Positions 40,987 to 50,079 of a DNA stretch of 64,000 nucleotides are shown one piece after another (the first letter of the stretch is position 1; every line of letters begins with the position of its first letter). Source of the stretch: Lacisediminihabitans sp. (GTDB lineage Bacteria > Actinomycetota > Actinomycetes > Actinomycetales > Microbacteriaceae); assembly GCA_046597035.1 (NCBI GenBank), contig JBKJLH010000191.1, positions 5,790-69,789 of the forward strand, read 5' to 3'. The notes below the pieces were generated by a model, which saw nothing but the letters and a program-made list of their open reading frames with translations, searched no databases and had not been told where the DNA came from. Made by a program: the position numbers and the translations under genes.

Positions 40987-41629
40987 TGAAGCGGTAACCC
41001 ACGTTGCGCACGGTGCCGATCAGCGATTCGAGGTCGCCGAGCTTCGCACGAAGGCGTCGCACGTGTACGTCGACCGTGCGCGTGCCGCCGAAATAGTCGT
41101 ATCCCCAGACCTCGCTGAGCAACTGCTCGCGGGTGAAGACGCGGGATGGATGTGTGGCGAGAAAGCGCAGCAGCTCGAATTCCTTGAAGGTGAGGTCGAG
41201 CGGGCGTCCTTGCACCTTGGCCGAATAACTGGCTTCGTCGATAACCACCCCGGAGGCGTGGATCTTATTGCTGGTCTTGTCGAGGGCCTGGCGTCCGACC
41301 ACCAGGCGGATGCGGGCATCCACCTCGGCGGGGCCCGCGGTTTCGAGGACCACATCGTCGACACCCCAGTCGGCGCTCACAGCTGTGAGGCCGCCCTCGG
41401 TGAGGATGAGCATGAGGGGAACGTTCACGCCGGTCGTGTTGAGGATCTTGCAGAGCGACCGCGCGCTGGCCAGGTCTTGCCTGGCGTCGACGAGGATCAG
41501 GTCGCAACTCGGCGCGGTGATGAGCGACGCCGGCGCGGCGGGAATCTGCCGCGTCCGGTGGCTGAGAAGGCCGAGGGCGGGCAAGACATCGCTGTTCACG
41601 GCGGAAGTCAGGATCAACAGCTGCGCCAA
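40937..41629 (-). CDS. glnR: Orphan OmpR-family response regulator GlnR
   Basis: Atypical receiver, [36 protein letters not shown]; glnR-mshD-pst synteny as in mycobacteria. Confidence 0.85.
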   Translation of the reverse strand: MAQLLILTSAVNSDVLPALGLLSHRTRQIPAAPASLITAPSCDLILVDARQDLASARSLCKILNTTGVNVPLMLILTEGGLTAVSADWGVDDVVLETAGPAEVDARIRLVVGRQALDKTSNKIHASGVVIDEASYSAKVQGRPLDLTFKEFELLRFLATHPSRVFTREQLLSEVWGYDYFGGTRTVDVHVRRLRAKLGDLESLIGTVRNVGYRFNVYEDDTERLAQTVNS

Positions 41630-41707
41630 CGAGTCCTCCAAGTGCCGACCCACAGTCTAAACGAACTGGTGGGTTCCGTCAGGCACGGGTAGTGCAGAAT
41701 TGGGGTT

Positions 41708-41998
41708 GTGTCCATAGAACAGCCTGCTGCCCGCCTCGCTCTCACGAGTGTCGTGCCGGTCTGGTCCCTCGCTATCGTCGGCTCCGTTCTGATCGGACTG
41801 CTCGTGGCGCCAGCGCACTACCTCAACTGGTTACCCTTCGTGCTTGCGGCGGATGTGCTGCTTACTTTCTGCATCCAGCTCGCGATCGTCCAAAAGAACG
41901 GTCTCGTCGACCGCATGATGGCGTGCCTCGGTGGCTCCGTGGTGATTCTCGGCATCGCGACACTCGTGCTGGGCATTCTGCAGGTGCGCTCCCCGTAG
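41708..41998 (+). CDS. Small three-TM membrane protein
   Basis: Three hydrophobic segments. Confidence 0.65.
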   Translation: MSIEQPAARLALTSVVPVWSLAIVGSVLIGLLVAPAHYLNWLPFVLAADVLLTFCIQLAIVQKNGLVDRMMACLGGSVVILGIATLVLGILQVRSP

Positions 41999-42007
41999 AA
42001 TCGGATC

Positions 42008-42118
42008 ATGTACCTCGGTCTTGAATTGTTCTTCATCGGCCTGCTGATCCTTGCCACCCTGGCCATCGGCTATGTCTCCGTGGTGGTGCTGTTCAACCTC
42101 TTCCGCGGCCAGCGCTAG
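42008..42118 (+). CDS. 36-aa single-TM small protein, missed by the ORF track
   Basis: MYLGLELFFIGLLILATLAIGYVSVVVLFNLFRGQR; GC3-biased codons; TAGAAT 6 nt upstream. Confidence 0.7.
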   Translation: MYLGLELFFIGLLILATLAIGYVSVVVLFNLFRGQR

Positions 42119-42130
42119 TCCGGGGCCGTC

Positions 42131-42727
42131 GTGATCGATCTACCGGTCAACCTGCCCGCTGAGCTGGTACCGCTGTCCTGGCTCATCGGTGTCTGGGAAG
42201 GCACCGGGGTCGTCAATTACGTCGTCGGTGAGCAGACCCGTAACTACGAGTTCGGGCATCGCCTGAGCTTCACCCATGACGGACTCCCGCACCTCAATTA
42301 CACCTCGTACACGTGGCTTCTCGATCCGACTCTCACGCCGTTGGCAACCGAGACCGGCTACTGGCGATTGAGCCGCCAGGCCACCGAGGGCGACCCGGGA
42401 CCGGGTTTGTTGCCGGGCGTCGGTATCCAGCCGTTCACCACGGCGCGAGCAGTGGAGACGCTGCGCAACGCCTCGGATGGTTTCGACATCGAGGTGTCCA
42501 TCCTGCATCCGGGTGGGGTCAGCGAACTGTACATCGGCCAGGTCAAGGGGCCCCGCATCGATTTGGCGACGGATGCCGTGATGCGGTCCGTGACCTCAAA
42601 GGAGCACACCGCGTCCACTCGCATCTACGGCCTCGTCGACAACCACATGCTCTGGGCCTGGGATCTCGCCGCTCTGGGCCAGGAACTCGCGACTCACGCG
42701 TCCGGACGGCTGGCTCGCCTTGAGTGA
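42131..42727 (+). CDS. Nitrobindin/FABP-like (DUF1794) protein
   Basis: LSWLIGVWEG, ETGYWR, H..G.L. Confidence 0.85.
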   Translation: MIDLPVNLPAELVPLSWLIGVWEGTGVVNYVVGEQTRNYEFGHRLSFTHDGLPHLNYTSYTWLLDPTLTPLATETGYWRLSRQATEGDPGPGLLPGVGIQPFTTARAVETLRNASDGFDIEVSILHPGGVSELYIGQVKGPRIDLATDAVMRSVTSKEHTASTRIYGLVDNHMLWAWDLAALGQELATHASGRLARLE

Positions 42728-43799
42728 CCTCGTGCGGCCGGGTGCGGTGGACGGCACTGGAGCGGATGCCGGTGTAGCGGCTCACTACGGTAATCCGCTC
42801 GCGGAGCAGCGCGCGCTCGCCGCCGGCACGGCTGTGGTCGACCTCTCCCATCGTGGCGTGCTCTCCATCTCCGGGGCGGATCGTCTCACCTGGATCAATT
42901 CGCTCACCTCGCAGAGCGTCACCGGCCTGCAGCCGGGGCAGTCCGTCGAGACCCTGCTGCTCGATGCGAGCGGACGCCTCGAATACGCGGTTCGTCTGCT
43001 TGACGACGGTGCCGACCTCTGGCTCCTCCTCGAGCGTGAAGAGTCCCCGGGGCTTCTGGCCTGGCTCTCGAAGATGGTGTTCATGCTGCGGGTCGAGGTT
43101 CGGGACCGCACCGCGGAATTTGCCACCATCGGCACTCTCGGCCTGCCCCTGATTCTCGTGGCGGCTCCCAACGGCGTGCCGCTGGTCTGGAATGACCCGT
43201 GGACGACCGTGGCGCCCGGGGGCTGGCAGTATGCCACTGTCGAGCATCATCCGGCAGAGGACTGGACCTACAGCGAGGTACTCGTCCCTCGCGATTCGCT
43301 GCCCGAACTCGATCTCCCGGTCGCGGGGTTCCTCGCGCTCGAGGCGCTTCGGATCGCAGCCTGGCGCCCACGGCTCGCCACCGAGGGCGACGAGAAGACC
43401 ATTCCCCATGAGCTCGACTGGTTGCGCTCTGCCGTGCACCTCACCAAGGGGTGTTACCGCGGCCAGGAGACTGTGGCCAAGGTGCACAACCTCGGGCATC
43501 CGCCTCGGCGACTCGTGATGCTCCACCTCGATGGATCGGACTCGGTACTGCCCTCGCCGGGGGATGAGGTGTTGCTCGGTGAGAGCACGGTCGGGCACGT
43601 GACGTCTGCAGCCCGCCATTTCGAGCTCGGACCGATCGCGCTTGCGCTGGTCAAGCGCACCACTGACCCGCTGGCCGAACTTGCGGTGCTGTCGGAGGGA
43701 ATCCGGGTGCCGGCAGCGCAAGAGATCGTCGTGCCCCCGGACGCCGGCGCCGCCGCGAACGTGCCGCGACTGCCGCGTCTCGGCGCCATCAAACGCTGA
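42720..43799 (+). CDS. ygfZ: Folate-binding protein YgfZ
   Basis: KGCYRGQE signature. Confidence 0.92.
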   Translation: MSDLVRPGAVDGTGADAGVAAHYGNPLAEQRALAAGTAVVDLSHRGVLSISGADRLTWINSLTSQSVTGLQPGQSVETLLLDASGRLEYAVRLLDDGADLWLLLEREESPGLLAWLSKMVFMLRVEVRDRTAEFATIGTLGLPLILVAAPNGVPLVWNDPWTTVAPGGWQYATVEHHPAEDWTYSEVLVPRDSLPELDLPVAGFLALEALRIAAWRPRLATEGDEKTIPHELDWLRSAVHLTKGCYRGQETVAKVHNLGHPPRRLVMLHLDGSDSVLPSPGDEVLLGESTVGHVTSAARHFELGPIALALVKRTTDPLAELAVLSEGIRVPAAQEIVVPPDAGAAANVPRLPRLGAIKR

Positions 43800-43809
43800 G
43801 GATCGAGCG

Positions 43810-44910
43810 CTGAAGATACGTGCGAGTGGGCTGCACTCGGTCCCACCGCACCGGGTCACCCTGCGGGCCTCGGGGCAGCGAACCGTCGAGTCGATCGTGC
43901 CGGCCTTGCAGATCGCGATCGCGGCCTCTGGCGCCTTCGCGGTGGCGCACTACCTTCTCGGGCACGCGGTGCCCTTGATCGCCGTCACGGTCACCATGTC
44001 GACCCTCGGCTTCGCGCGGGACGCTCGCCCCATCCGGGTACTCGAGACGGCGATCGGCATCGTCATCGGAATAGCGCTCAGCGAGGCTCTACTCTTGACG
44101 GTGGGCCAGGGCCTCTGGCAGCTCGCCCTCGTGCTGATGCTGACTCTGCTGGCCGCGCGGGCCCTCTCGCCGAGCAACGCCTTCGCGGTCGCTGCCGGGG
44201 TGCAGTCGATCCTCGTGATGCTGCTGCCCGCTCCCGCGGGCGGTCCCTTCGTACGAAGCATCGACGGCGTCATCGGGGGAGCGGTCGCGCTCATCGTGAC
44301 GGCACTGGTACCCCGGGATCCGCGGCGTGTCGCTCGCAGTGAAGCCCGCCTCCTCTTCTCATCGCTCAGCAAAGCCCTTGCCTCCCTCGTCGTCGCGCTG
44401 GAAAAGGCTGATGAGACGGCCGCCGATCACGCCCTGGAGCTGCTGCGCACTACCCAACCGATCGTGGACAGCTGGGCGGAATCACTGGACTCTGCAACCG
44501 CAATCGCCCGGATCTCTCCGTTTCTCTGGCGCGGTCGCCCTGACCTGCTCGCCCAGGAGAGAGTGTTGCGTGGCATGGACTTGGCCACCCGCAATCTTCG
44601 GGTGATCGCCCGGCGCATCGACTTCCTGGTGCGTGACGGGGTGCGTCGTCCGGCGCTGGCATCGATCATGACCAGCCTCGGTACCTCGGTGGAACTGCTC
44701 GGCCAGAGCCTCGACGACCCACTCCTCGCCGACACTGTGAGGGTGGGACTCGTCGCGGTCGCCGAGCGGCTGCGCCCGGACACCGTCGTCAGGGATGCGC
44801 CGTTGACCGACTCGATCGTGATCCTGATGATGAGGCCGCTGCTGGTGGACCTCCTGACCTCTGCCGATCTGTCGGCAGAGAAAGCGCGCGCTCTGCTGCC
44901 GGAGGTCTGA
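43810..44910 (+). CDS. FUSC/aromatic-acid-exporter family membrane protein (start uncertain)
   Basis: N-terminal TM cluster, then a helical cytoplasmic tail (DLATRNLRVIARR). Confidence 0.8.
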   Translation: MKIRASGLHSVPPHRVTLRASGQRTVESIVPALQIAIAASGAFAVAHYLLGHAVPLIAVTVTMSTLGFARDARPIRVLETAIGIVIGIALSEALLLTVGQGLWQLALVLMLTLLAARALSPSNAFAVAAGVQSILVMLLPAPAGGPFVRSIDGVIGGAVALIVTALVPRDPRRVARSEARLLFSSLSKALASLVVALEKADETAADHALELLRTTQPIVDSWAESLDSATAIARISPFLWRGRPDLLAQERVLRGMDLATRNLRVIARRIDFLVRDGVRRPALASIMTSLGTSVELLGQSLDDPLLADTVRVGLVAVAERLRPDTVVRDAPLTDSIVILMMRPLLVDLLTSADLSAEKARALLPEV

Positions 44911-44923
44911 CCTGCGATTCGCG

Positions 44924-45709
44924 TTACCAGGCGAATCGCTTCGGTGCCACCGCCATCCAGTCCACGGTGAGTTCACCGAGCTTCCAGCGCGAGCGCCCAC
45001 CCTGCACGGGCCAGCCCTCGTTCGCGACGCCCTGGGCGGTGGCGATCCATCGTTGCGATGGACCGTAGACCGAGAGTGCCGCATTCCGCTGCCACTGTCG
45101 ATCGAGGTCACCCAGAAACGCGTGCACTCCCTCCCCGGGCACATTGCGATGGATCAGCACCTTGGGCAGTCGCTCCGCGACGATGGACGGCCGTTCGAGG
45201 TCGGCGAGGCGCAGACTGACGGTGAGGGTGCGGGGACCGTCGGCTGTGACATCCACCCAACTCGCCACCCGGCCCACTTCGTTGCAGGTACCCTCCACGA
45301 GTACCCCATGAGGCTCAAGCCGCGACACCATCCGGCGCCATGCGGCGAGCACCTCGGATTCGTCGTACTGCCGCAACACATTCAGCGCGCGGATGACCGT
45401 GGCCGCGCGACCACCGGGCAGCGGCACCTCGAACCCACCGAGCGCGAAGTGCACGCCGGGTCGCGCGGAGAGCGCCGCGAGTGTCACCCTGGCCGGATCG
45501 ATCTCGAGGCCGACGACCGTCACCTCCTGCCGCACCCGTGAGAGACGCTGGTGAAGCTCGAGAGTGGTCGTGGCGGATGCCCCGTAGCCGAGGTCGACCA
45601 CGAGGGGATCGTCCGCCCGGCGGAAGGCCGAAAGCTCGGCGATCCAGCGGTCGATGCGTCTCAGCCGGTTGGTGCCGGTGGTACCGCGCGTGATCGAGCC
45701 GATGGGCAT
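44924..45709 (-). CDS. Class I SAM-dependent methyltransferase-like protein
   Basis: VDLGYG, GLEID, RALNVLRQY. Confidence 0.75.
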   Translation of the reverse strand: MPIGSITRGTTGTNRLRRIDRWIAELSAFRRADDPLVVDLGYGASATTTLELHQRLSRVRQEVTVVGLEIDPARVTLAALSARPGVHFALGGFEVPLPGGRAATVIRALNVLRQYDESEVLAAWRRMVSRLEPHGVLVEGTCNEVGRVASWVDVTADGPRTLTVSLRLADLERPSIVAERLPKVLIHRNVPGEGVHAFLGDLDRQWQRNAALSVYGPSQRWIATAQGVANEGWPVQGGRSRWKLGELTVDWMAVAPKRFAW

Positions 45710-45741
45710 CCGTAAATTATCCCGCTCGCTAGAGTTGGATC

Positions 45742-46485
45742 ATGACGTATACGCTGATTCTGCTGCGCCACGGGAACTCCGACTGGAACCAGAAGAACCT
45801 CTTCACCGGGTGGGTGGACGTCGACCTGAGTGACCAGGGGCGTGCCGAGGCGGTGCGAGCGGGCGAACTTCTCGCCGAGTCCGGCATGCTGCCCGACATC
45901 CAGTACACGAGTGTGCTCAAGCGCGCCATCCATACCGCGAATATGGCGCTCGAAGTCGCCGATCGCGACTGGATCGACGTGAAGCGCAGCTGGCGCCTCA
46001 ACGAGCGCCACTACGGCGCGCTTCAGGGCAAGGACAAGGCCCAGACCCTCGCTGAATACGGCCAGGAGCAGTTCATGACCTGGCGCCGATCCTTCGACGT
46101 GCCCCCGCCGCCGCTCGATGACGACAGCGAGTTCTCCCAGGCCAATGATCCGCGCTACGCCGGACTCGGAGCGGATCTTCCGCGCACCGAGTCCCTCAAG
46201 TTGGTGATCGACCGGATGCTTCCCTACTGGTACTCCGACATCACCGTCGATCTGGCCGCGGGCAAGACGGTGCTGGTGACCGCCCACGGCAACTCCCTCC
46301 GTGCGCTCGTAAAACATCTCGACCACATTGCGGATGACGCGATCGCCCAGCTGAATATCCCGACCGGTATCCCGCTGATCTACACCCTCGACGAGACCTT
46401 CGCGCCGGTGGAGCCGGGCCGCTATCTCGATCCGGAGGCCGCGGCTGCCGGGGCCGCCGCGGTTGCAGCGCAGGGCAAGAAGTAG
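45742..46485 (+). CDS. gpmA: 2,3-BPG-dependent phosphoglycerate mutase
   Basis: [30 protein letters not shown]. Confidence 0.97.
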   Translation: MTYTLILLRHGNSDWNQKNLFTGWVDVDLSDQGRAEAVRAGELLAESGMLPDIQYTSVLKRAIHTANMALEVADRDWIDVKRSWRLNERHYGALQGKDKAQTLAEYGQEQFMTWRRSFDVPPPPLDDDSEFSQANDPRYAGLGADLPRTESLKLVIDRMLPYWYSDITVDLAAGKTVLVTAHGNSLRALVKHLDHIADDAIAQLNIPTGIPLIYTLDETFAPVEPGRYLDPEAAAAGAAAVAAQGKK

Positions 46486-46507
46486 CCGGACACCGATCCG
46501 CGCACGT

Positions 46508-46535
46508 CCGCCGCCGTGCCCGAACACGGCGGCGG
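46508..46535. terminator. Hairpin between convergent gpmA and phoU
   Basis: 11-bp stem CCGCCGCCGTG/CACGGCGGCGG. Confidence 0.65.
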
Positions 46536-46560
46536 CACTAAAACTGCGGCGGGAGAGCGG

Positions 46561-47214
46561 TCACAGCTGCGCGGCGACCCAGTCACCGGTGGCGAGGTAC
46601 TGGACCTTCTTGGCAATAGACACCGCATGGTCGGCGAAACGTTCGTGGTACCGCGATGCGAGGGTGGCATCCACCGTGTCGACGGCCGCACCCTTCCAAG
46701 TCTCTCCGAGCACCTTGTCGAACACACTGAGGTGAAGCGCGTCGATCCGGTCATCGTCGTTGCGGATCTCTTCGGCCAGTCGCACGTCTTCGGTGCGAAG
46801 CAGTTCGGTGAGCTTGCGGGCGATCTGCACATCGAGGTGGCCGAGCTCGGAGAACGTGGCGCGAAGAGATTTCGGCACGACCTTGTCGGGGAATCGATAG
46901 CGCGCGAGCTGGGCGATGTGCTCGGACATGTCGCCCATCCGCTCGAGTGAGGCACTGATGCGCAGCGCACTCACAACGATGCGCAGGTCCCGGGCGACCG
47001 GCTGCTGGCGGGCCAGGATGTTGATAGCCAACTCATCGAGGGCGATAGCGGCGCCGTCGATCTTGTCGTCGTCGGCGATCACGGCTTCCGCGAGGGATAC
47101 GTTCGATTCGTTGAACGCACGGGTGGCATTATCGATCGAGATCTCCACGAGGGTCGCTATTTCGACAAGGCGCTCCTGCACCTCCGCCAGTTCCTGTTGG
47201 AATACCTCGCGCAT
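46561..47214 (-). CDS. phoU: Phosphate signalling protein PhoU
   Basis: QPVARDLR, LERMGD, RYHERFADHAVS. Confidence 0.95.
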   Translation of the reverse strand: MREVFQQELAEVQERLVEIATLVEISIDNATRAFNESNVSLAEAVIADDDKIDGAAIALDELAINILARQQPVARDLRIVVSALRISASLERMGDMSEHIAQLARYRFPDKVVPKSLRATFSELGHLDVQIARKLTELLRTEDVRLAEEIRNDDDRIDALHLSVFDKVLGETWKGAAVDTVDATLASRYHERFADHAVSIAKKVQYLATGDWVAAQL

Positions 47215-47280
47215 CGGTCACGTCCCTTTCGCTGCGAGTGTTCGATTCCCGCACAGTTCTTTTTCCAGCCTGCCCCGCGC

Positions 47281-47310
47281 AGGTGAACAGCGGGGGAACC
47301 GCACCTGAAC
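47281..47310 (-). promoter_or_regulatory. Three PHO-box-like repeats between phoU and senX3
   Basis: GTTCAG, GTTCCC and GTTCAC cores at an exact 11-nt period. Confidence 0.7.
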
Positions 47311-47383
47311 AACACGCCAAGTGCAGGAGCCGGATGTTGCACGGGCGCGAGCCGACCCTGCGAATGTAACTAATCTAGTCGCT

Positions 47384-48535
47384 ATGAACTCCGTGCTGCT
47401 GGTGCCGCTCGCGCTGGCTTTCGGCGTCGTCGTCGGCGCCGGCGTCACGGCGGTGCTTGTCGTCTCCGCCCGACGCGGACATCGCGCGGTGCAGGTCGTG
47501 AGCACCGCCGTTCCGGATGGCGTCGACCAGGTGATCGAGGCTCTCGAGTCCGCCGGAGTCGTCCTCGACCCCTCCAATACGGTTGTGAAGGCGAGCCCGG
47601 GTGCGATGGCCTTCGGGCTGGTCTGGAACCAGGCGCTGGTGCATCCGGAACTCGTGACCATCGTGGATCGCGTTCGCCGTTTCGGTGAGCCGATCACGCA
47701 GGAATTGGAGCTCGCACGCGGGCCCTTCGGCGACGCCAACATTTATCTGTCCGTGCGGGCCGCCCGCCTCGGTGGACGCTACATCCTGCTTCTCGCGGAG
47801 GACCGCACCGAGTCTTACCGGCTCGATGAGGTGCGGCGGGATTTCGTCGCAAACATCAGCCACGAGCTCAAGACTCCGATCGGTGCGGTCGGTCTCCTCG
47901 CCGAGGCGCTGCAGGCGGCCTCCGACGAACCGGATCAGGTGCGTCGCTTCGCCAAACGCCTCAGTAAGGAGGCGGATCGCCTCGCTCGCATCACACGGGA
48001 GATCATCGAGCTTTCCCGGTTGCAGGCGGCGGATGCTCTCACCAGTCCGCAGGTCGTGGAGATCGACCACGTGGTCGCCCTTGCCATCGACCAGAATCGC
48101 GTCGCAGCGGAGTCTGGCCGGGTCACCATCGTGAGCGGTGGAGATTCGGGCGCCGAGGTCTACGGTGACGAGCCGTTGCTGGCGGTCGCTCTCCACAACC
48201 TCATCGCCAACGCCATCCAGTATTCACCCGCAGGTTCGCGGGTTGGGGTTGGGGTGAGTAACGCGGACGGTATCGTCGAGGTCGCGGTCACAGACCAGGG
48301 CATCGGCATCCCCGACGAGGAACTCGCCCGCGTATTCGAGCGCTTCTTTCGCATCGATCCGGCCCGCTCCCGCCACACCGGCGGATCCGGGCTCGGACTC
48401 AGCATCGTCAAGCACGTCGTGCAGAACCATGGCGGCGATATCCGCGTCTGGTCCCAGCCCGGCAACGGTTCGACCTTCACCATCCGCCTGCCCGGGGCAT
48501 CCCATGCCGCGGCGGCATCATTGAAAGAGGCCTGA
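47384..48535 (+). CDS. senX3: Sensor histidine kinase SenX3
   Basis: SHELKTP H-box, N/G1/F/G2 boxes; gpmA-phoU-senX3-regX3 synteny. Confidence 0.9.
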   Translation: MNSVLLVPLALAFGVVVGAGVTAVLVVSARRGHRAVQVVSTAVPDGVDQVIEALESAGVVLDPSNTVVKASPGAMAFGLVWNQALVHPELVTIVDRVRRFGEPITQELELARGPFGDANIYLSVRAARLGGRYILLLAEDRTESYRLDEVRRDFVANISHELKTPIGAVGLLAEALQAASDEPDQVRRFAKRLSKEADRLARITREIIELSRLQAADALTSPQVVEIDHVVALAIDQNRVAAESGRVTIVSGGDSGAEVYGDEPLLAVALHNLIANAIQYSPAGSRVGVGVSNADGIVEVAVTDQGIGIPDEELARVFERFFRIDPARSRHTGGSGLGLSIVKHVVQNHGGDIRVWSQPGNGSTFTIRLPGASHAAAASLKEA

Positions 48536-48536
48536 G

Positions 48537-49214
48537 TTGCGCATTCTTATCGTCGAAGACGAACCCTCCCTGAGCGAACCGCTTGCCTTCCTGCTCGGTC
48601 GGGAGGGCTACGACACCATGATCGCCGCCGACGGCATCGCGGCGCTCTCGGAGTTCGACCGCAACGGCACCGACCTGGTGCTGCTCGACCTCATGCTGCC
48701 CGGTATCGCCGGTACCGAGGTGTGCCGCGAAATCCGCACCCGGTCGCAGGTACCCATCATCATGCTCACCGCCAAGGACAGCGAAGTGGATGTCGTTGTC
48801 GGGCTCGAGCTCGGCGCCGACGACTACGTCACAAAGCCCTATTCCACCCGCGAACTGCTTGCCCGCATCCGCGCGGTCATGCGCCGTCGTATCGAGACCG
48901 ATGAAGACGATACTGCGATCCTCGAGTCCGGCGATGTACGCATGGACGTCGACCGACACACGGTCGCGGTGCGCGGTGTCGATACGGCCATGCCGCTCAA
49001 GGAATATGAGCTGCTCGAGGTGCTCCTGCGCAACTCCGGACGGGTGCTCACCCGAGGTCAGCTGATCGACCGGGTCTGGGGCTCCGACTATTTCGGCGAC
49101 ACCAAGACGCTCGACGTGCACATCAAGCGCATCCGTTCAAAAATCGAGAAGGAGCCGTCAGACCCGCGGATGCTGTTGACCGTGCGAGGGCTGGGCTACC
49201 GCTTCGAACCCTGA
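48537..49214 (+). CDS. regX3: Response regulator RegX3
   Basis: LLDLMLPG, GADDYVTKP, VWGSDYFGDTKTLDVHIKR. Confidence 0.92.
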   Translation: MRILIVEDEPSLSEPLAFLLGREGYDTMIAADGIAALSEFDRNGTDLVLLDLMLPGIAGTEVCREIRTRSQVPIIMLTAKDSEVDVVVGLELGADDYVTKPYSTRELLARIRAVMRRRIETDEDDTAILESGDVRMDVDRHTVAVRGVDTAMPLKEYELLEVLLRNSGRVLTRGQLIDRVWGSDYFGDTKTLDVHIKRIRSKIEKEPSDPRMLLTVRGLGYRFEP

Positions 49215-49236
49215 TTGCCGTCGAGGCTCGAGCGCG

Positions 49237-49788
49237 CTACTTGCTCGGGGTCGGGGTCGGAACCGGGATGACCGTCGGATTCGCGGAGGGTGTCGCGGTG
49301 GGCAGCGGCGTTGGCAGCAACTTCGAGTATTCGGAGAGAGACCCGTCGAGCACCGGAACGCGCAACTGTGCTCCGGTCAGCGTGCCGTACTGCACGAAGA
49401 CGGGGAACAGTGAACCGGGCTTCGAATCGATACCGTTGAAGAGCAGCTGGCGAGTGTCTGAGGATCCGAAGGTCTTCACCTCTCCCGCGTCGAGCTGCAC
49501 GCGGGTGTCGACCTTGCCTGGGGCTCCGCTTGCCGTGGTGCCGTCGTACTGGATGAGTACGTTCACCGTTTTACTACCGTCGTTGACGAGACTCACCAGC
49601 AAGCTTGCGACATTGCCGTCTCGGGTGAGAAGAAGCGCGTTGCGTATCTTCACCTGGCCGACGGTCGTGTCGACTCCATCACTCGGGCTGTACTGCTTGA
49701 CCATCTGAGGCGAGAAGAAGCTGCAGCCCGCAGTGGAGAGCAACAGCGAAGCCGCCACTACGACGGTTGCGGCGATGCGGACTCTCAC
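49237..49788 (-). CDS. LpqE-like lipoprotein
   Basis: Lipobox TAG-C, YSPSDG, Pro/Thr tail; typical position next to carD. Confidence 0.7.
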   Translation of the reverse strand: MRVRIAATVVVAASLLLSTAGCSFFSPQMVKQYSPSDGVDTTVGQVKIRNALLLTRDGNVASLLVSLVNDGSKTVNVLIQYDGTTASGAPGKVDTRVQLDAGEVKTFGSSDTRQLLFNGIDSKPGSLFPVFVQYGTLTGAQLRVPVLDGSLSEYSKLLPTPLPTATPSANPTVIPVPTPTPSK

Positions 49789-49947
49789 AGGACCCTCCAA
49801 AACGAAACAAAGACGATGAGATTACGGCACCGGATGACACTCGAAATCCCTGTCAAGGTTAGCCTACGGTTGCGGCCTCGAAGGCCCCGCCCGCGCTGTC
49901 AGAAACGCCCTGTGATAGCGTGGCGCCACTGAAACGGAGTGTCAGCA

Positions 49948-50079
49948 ATGCTTTTCGAGGTCGGCAAGACGGTCGTCTGCCCGCACCATCGTGCGGCGAC
50001 GATAACCGAAGGGAAGACGCGCAGCGTGAAGGACGAAGAGAAGGCCTCGACTGTGCTCGATGAGGTTCTTGCGTCCTGA
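49948..50079 (+). pseudogene. carD: carD remnant (43 codons; in-frame internal deletion)
   Basis: MLFEVGKTVVCPHHRAATITEGKTRSVK fused to DEEKASTVLDEVLAS = CarD N- and C-termini; canonical position before ispD. Confidence 0.85.

Noticed and set aside
50060-50079. carD-ispD fusion or programmed frameshift
   Set aside because: The carD remnant has its own stop at 50077-50079; the short overlap is just an upstream ATG of ispDF
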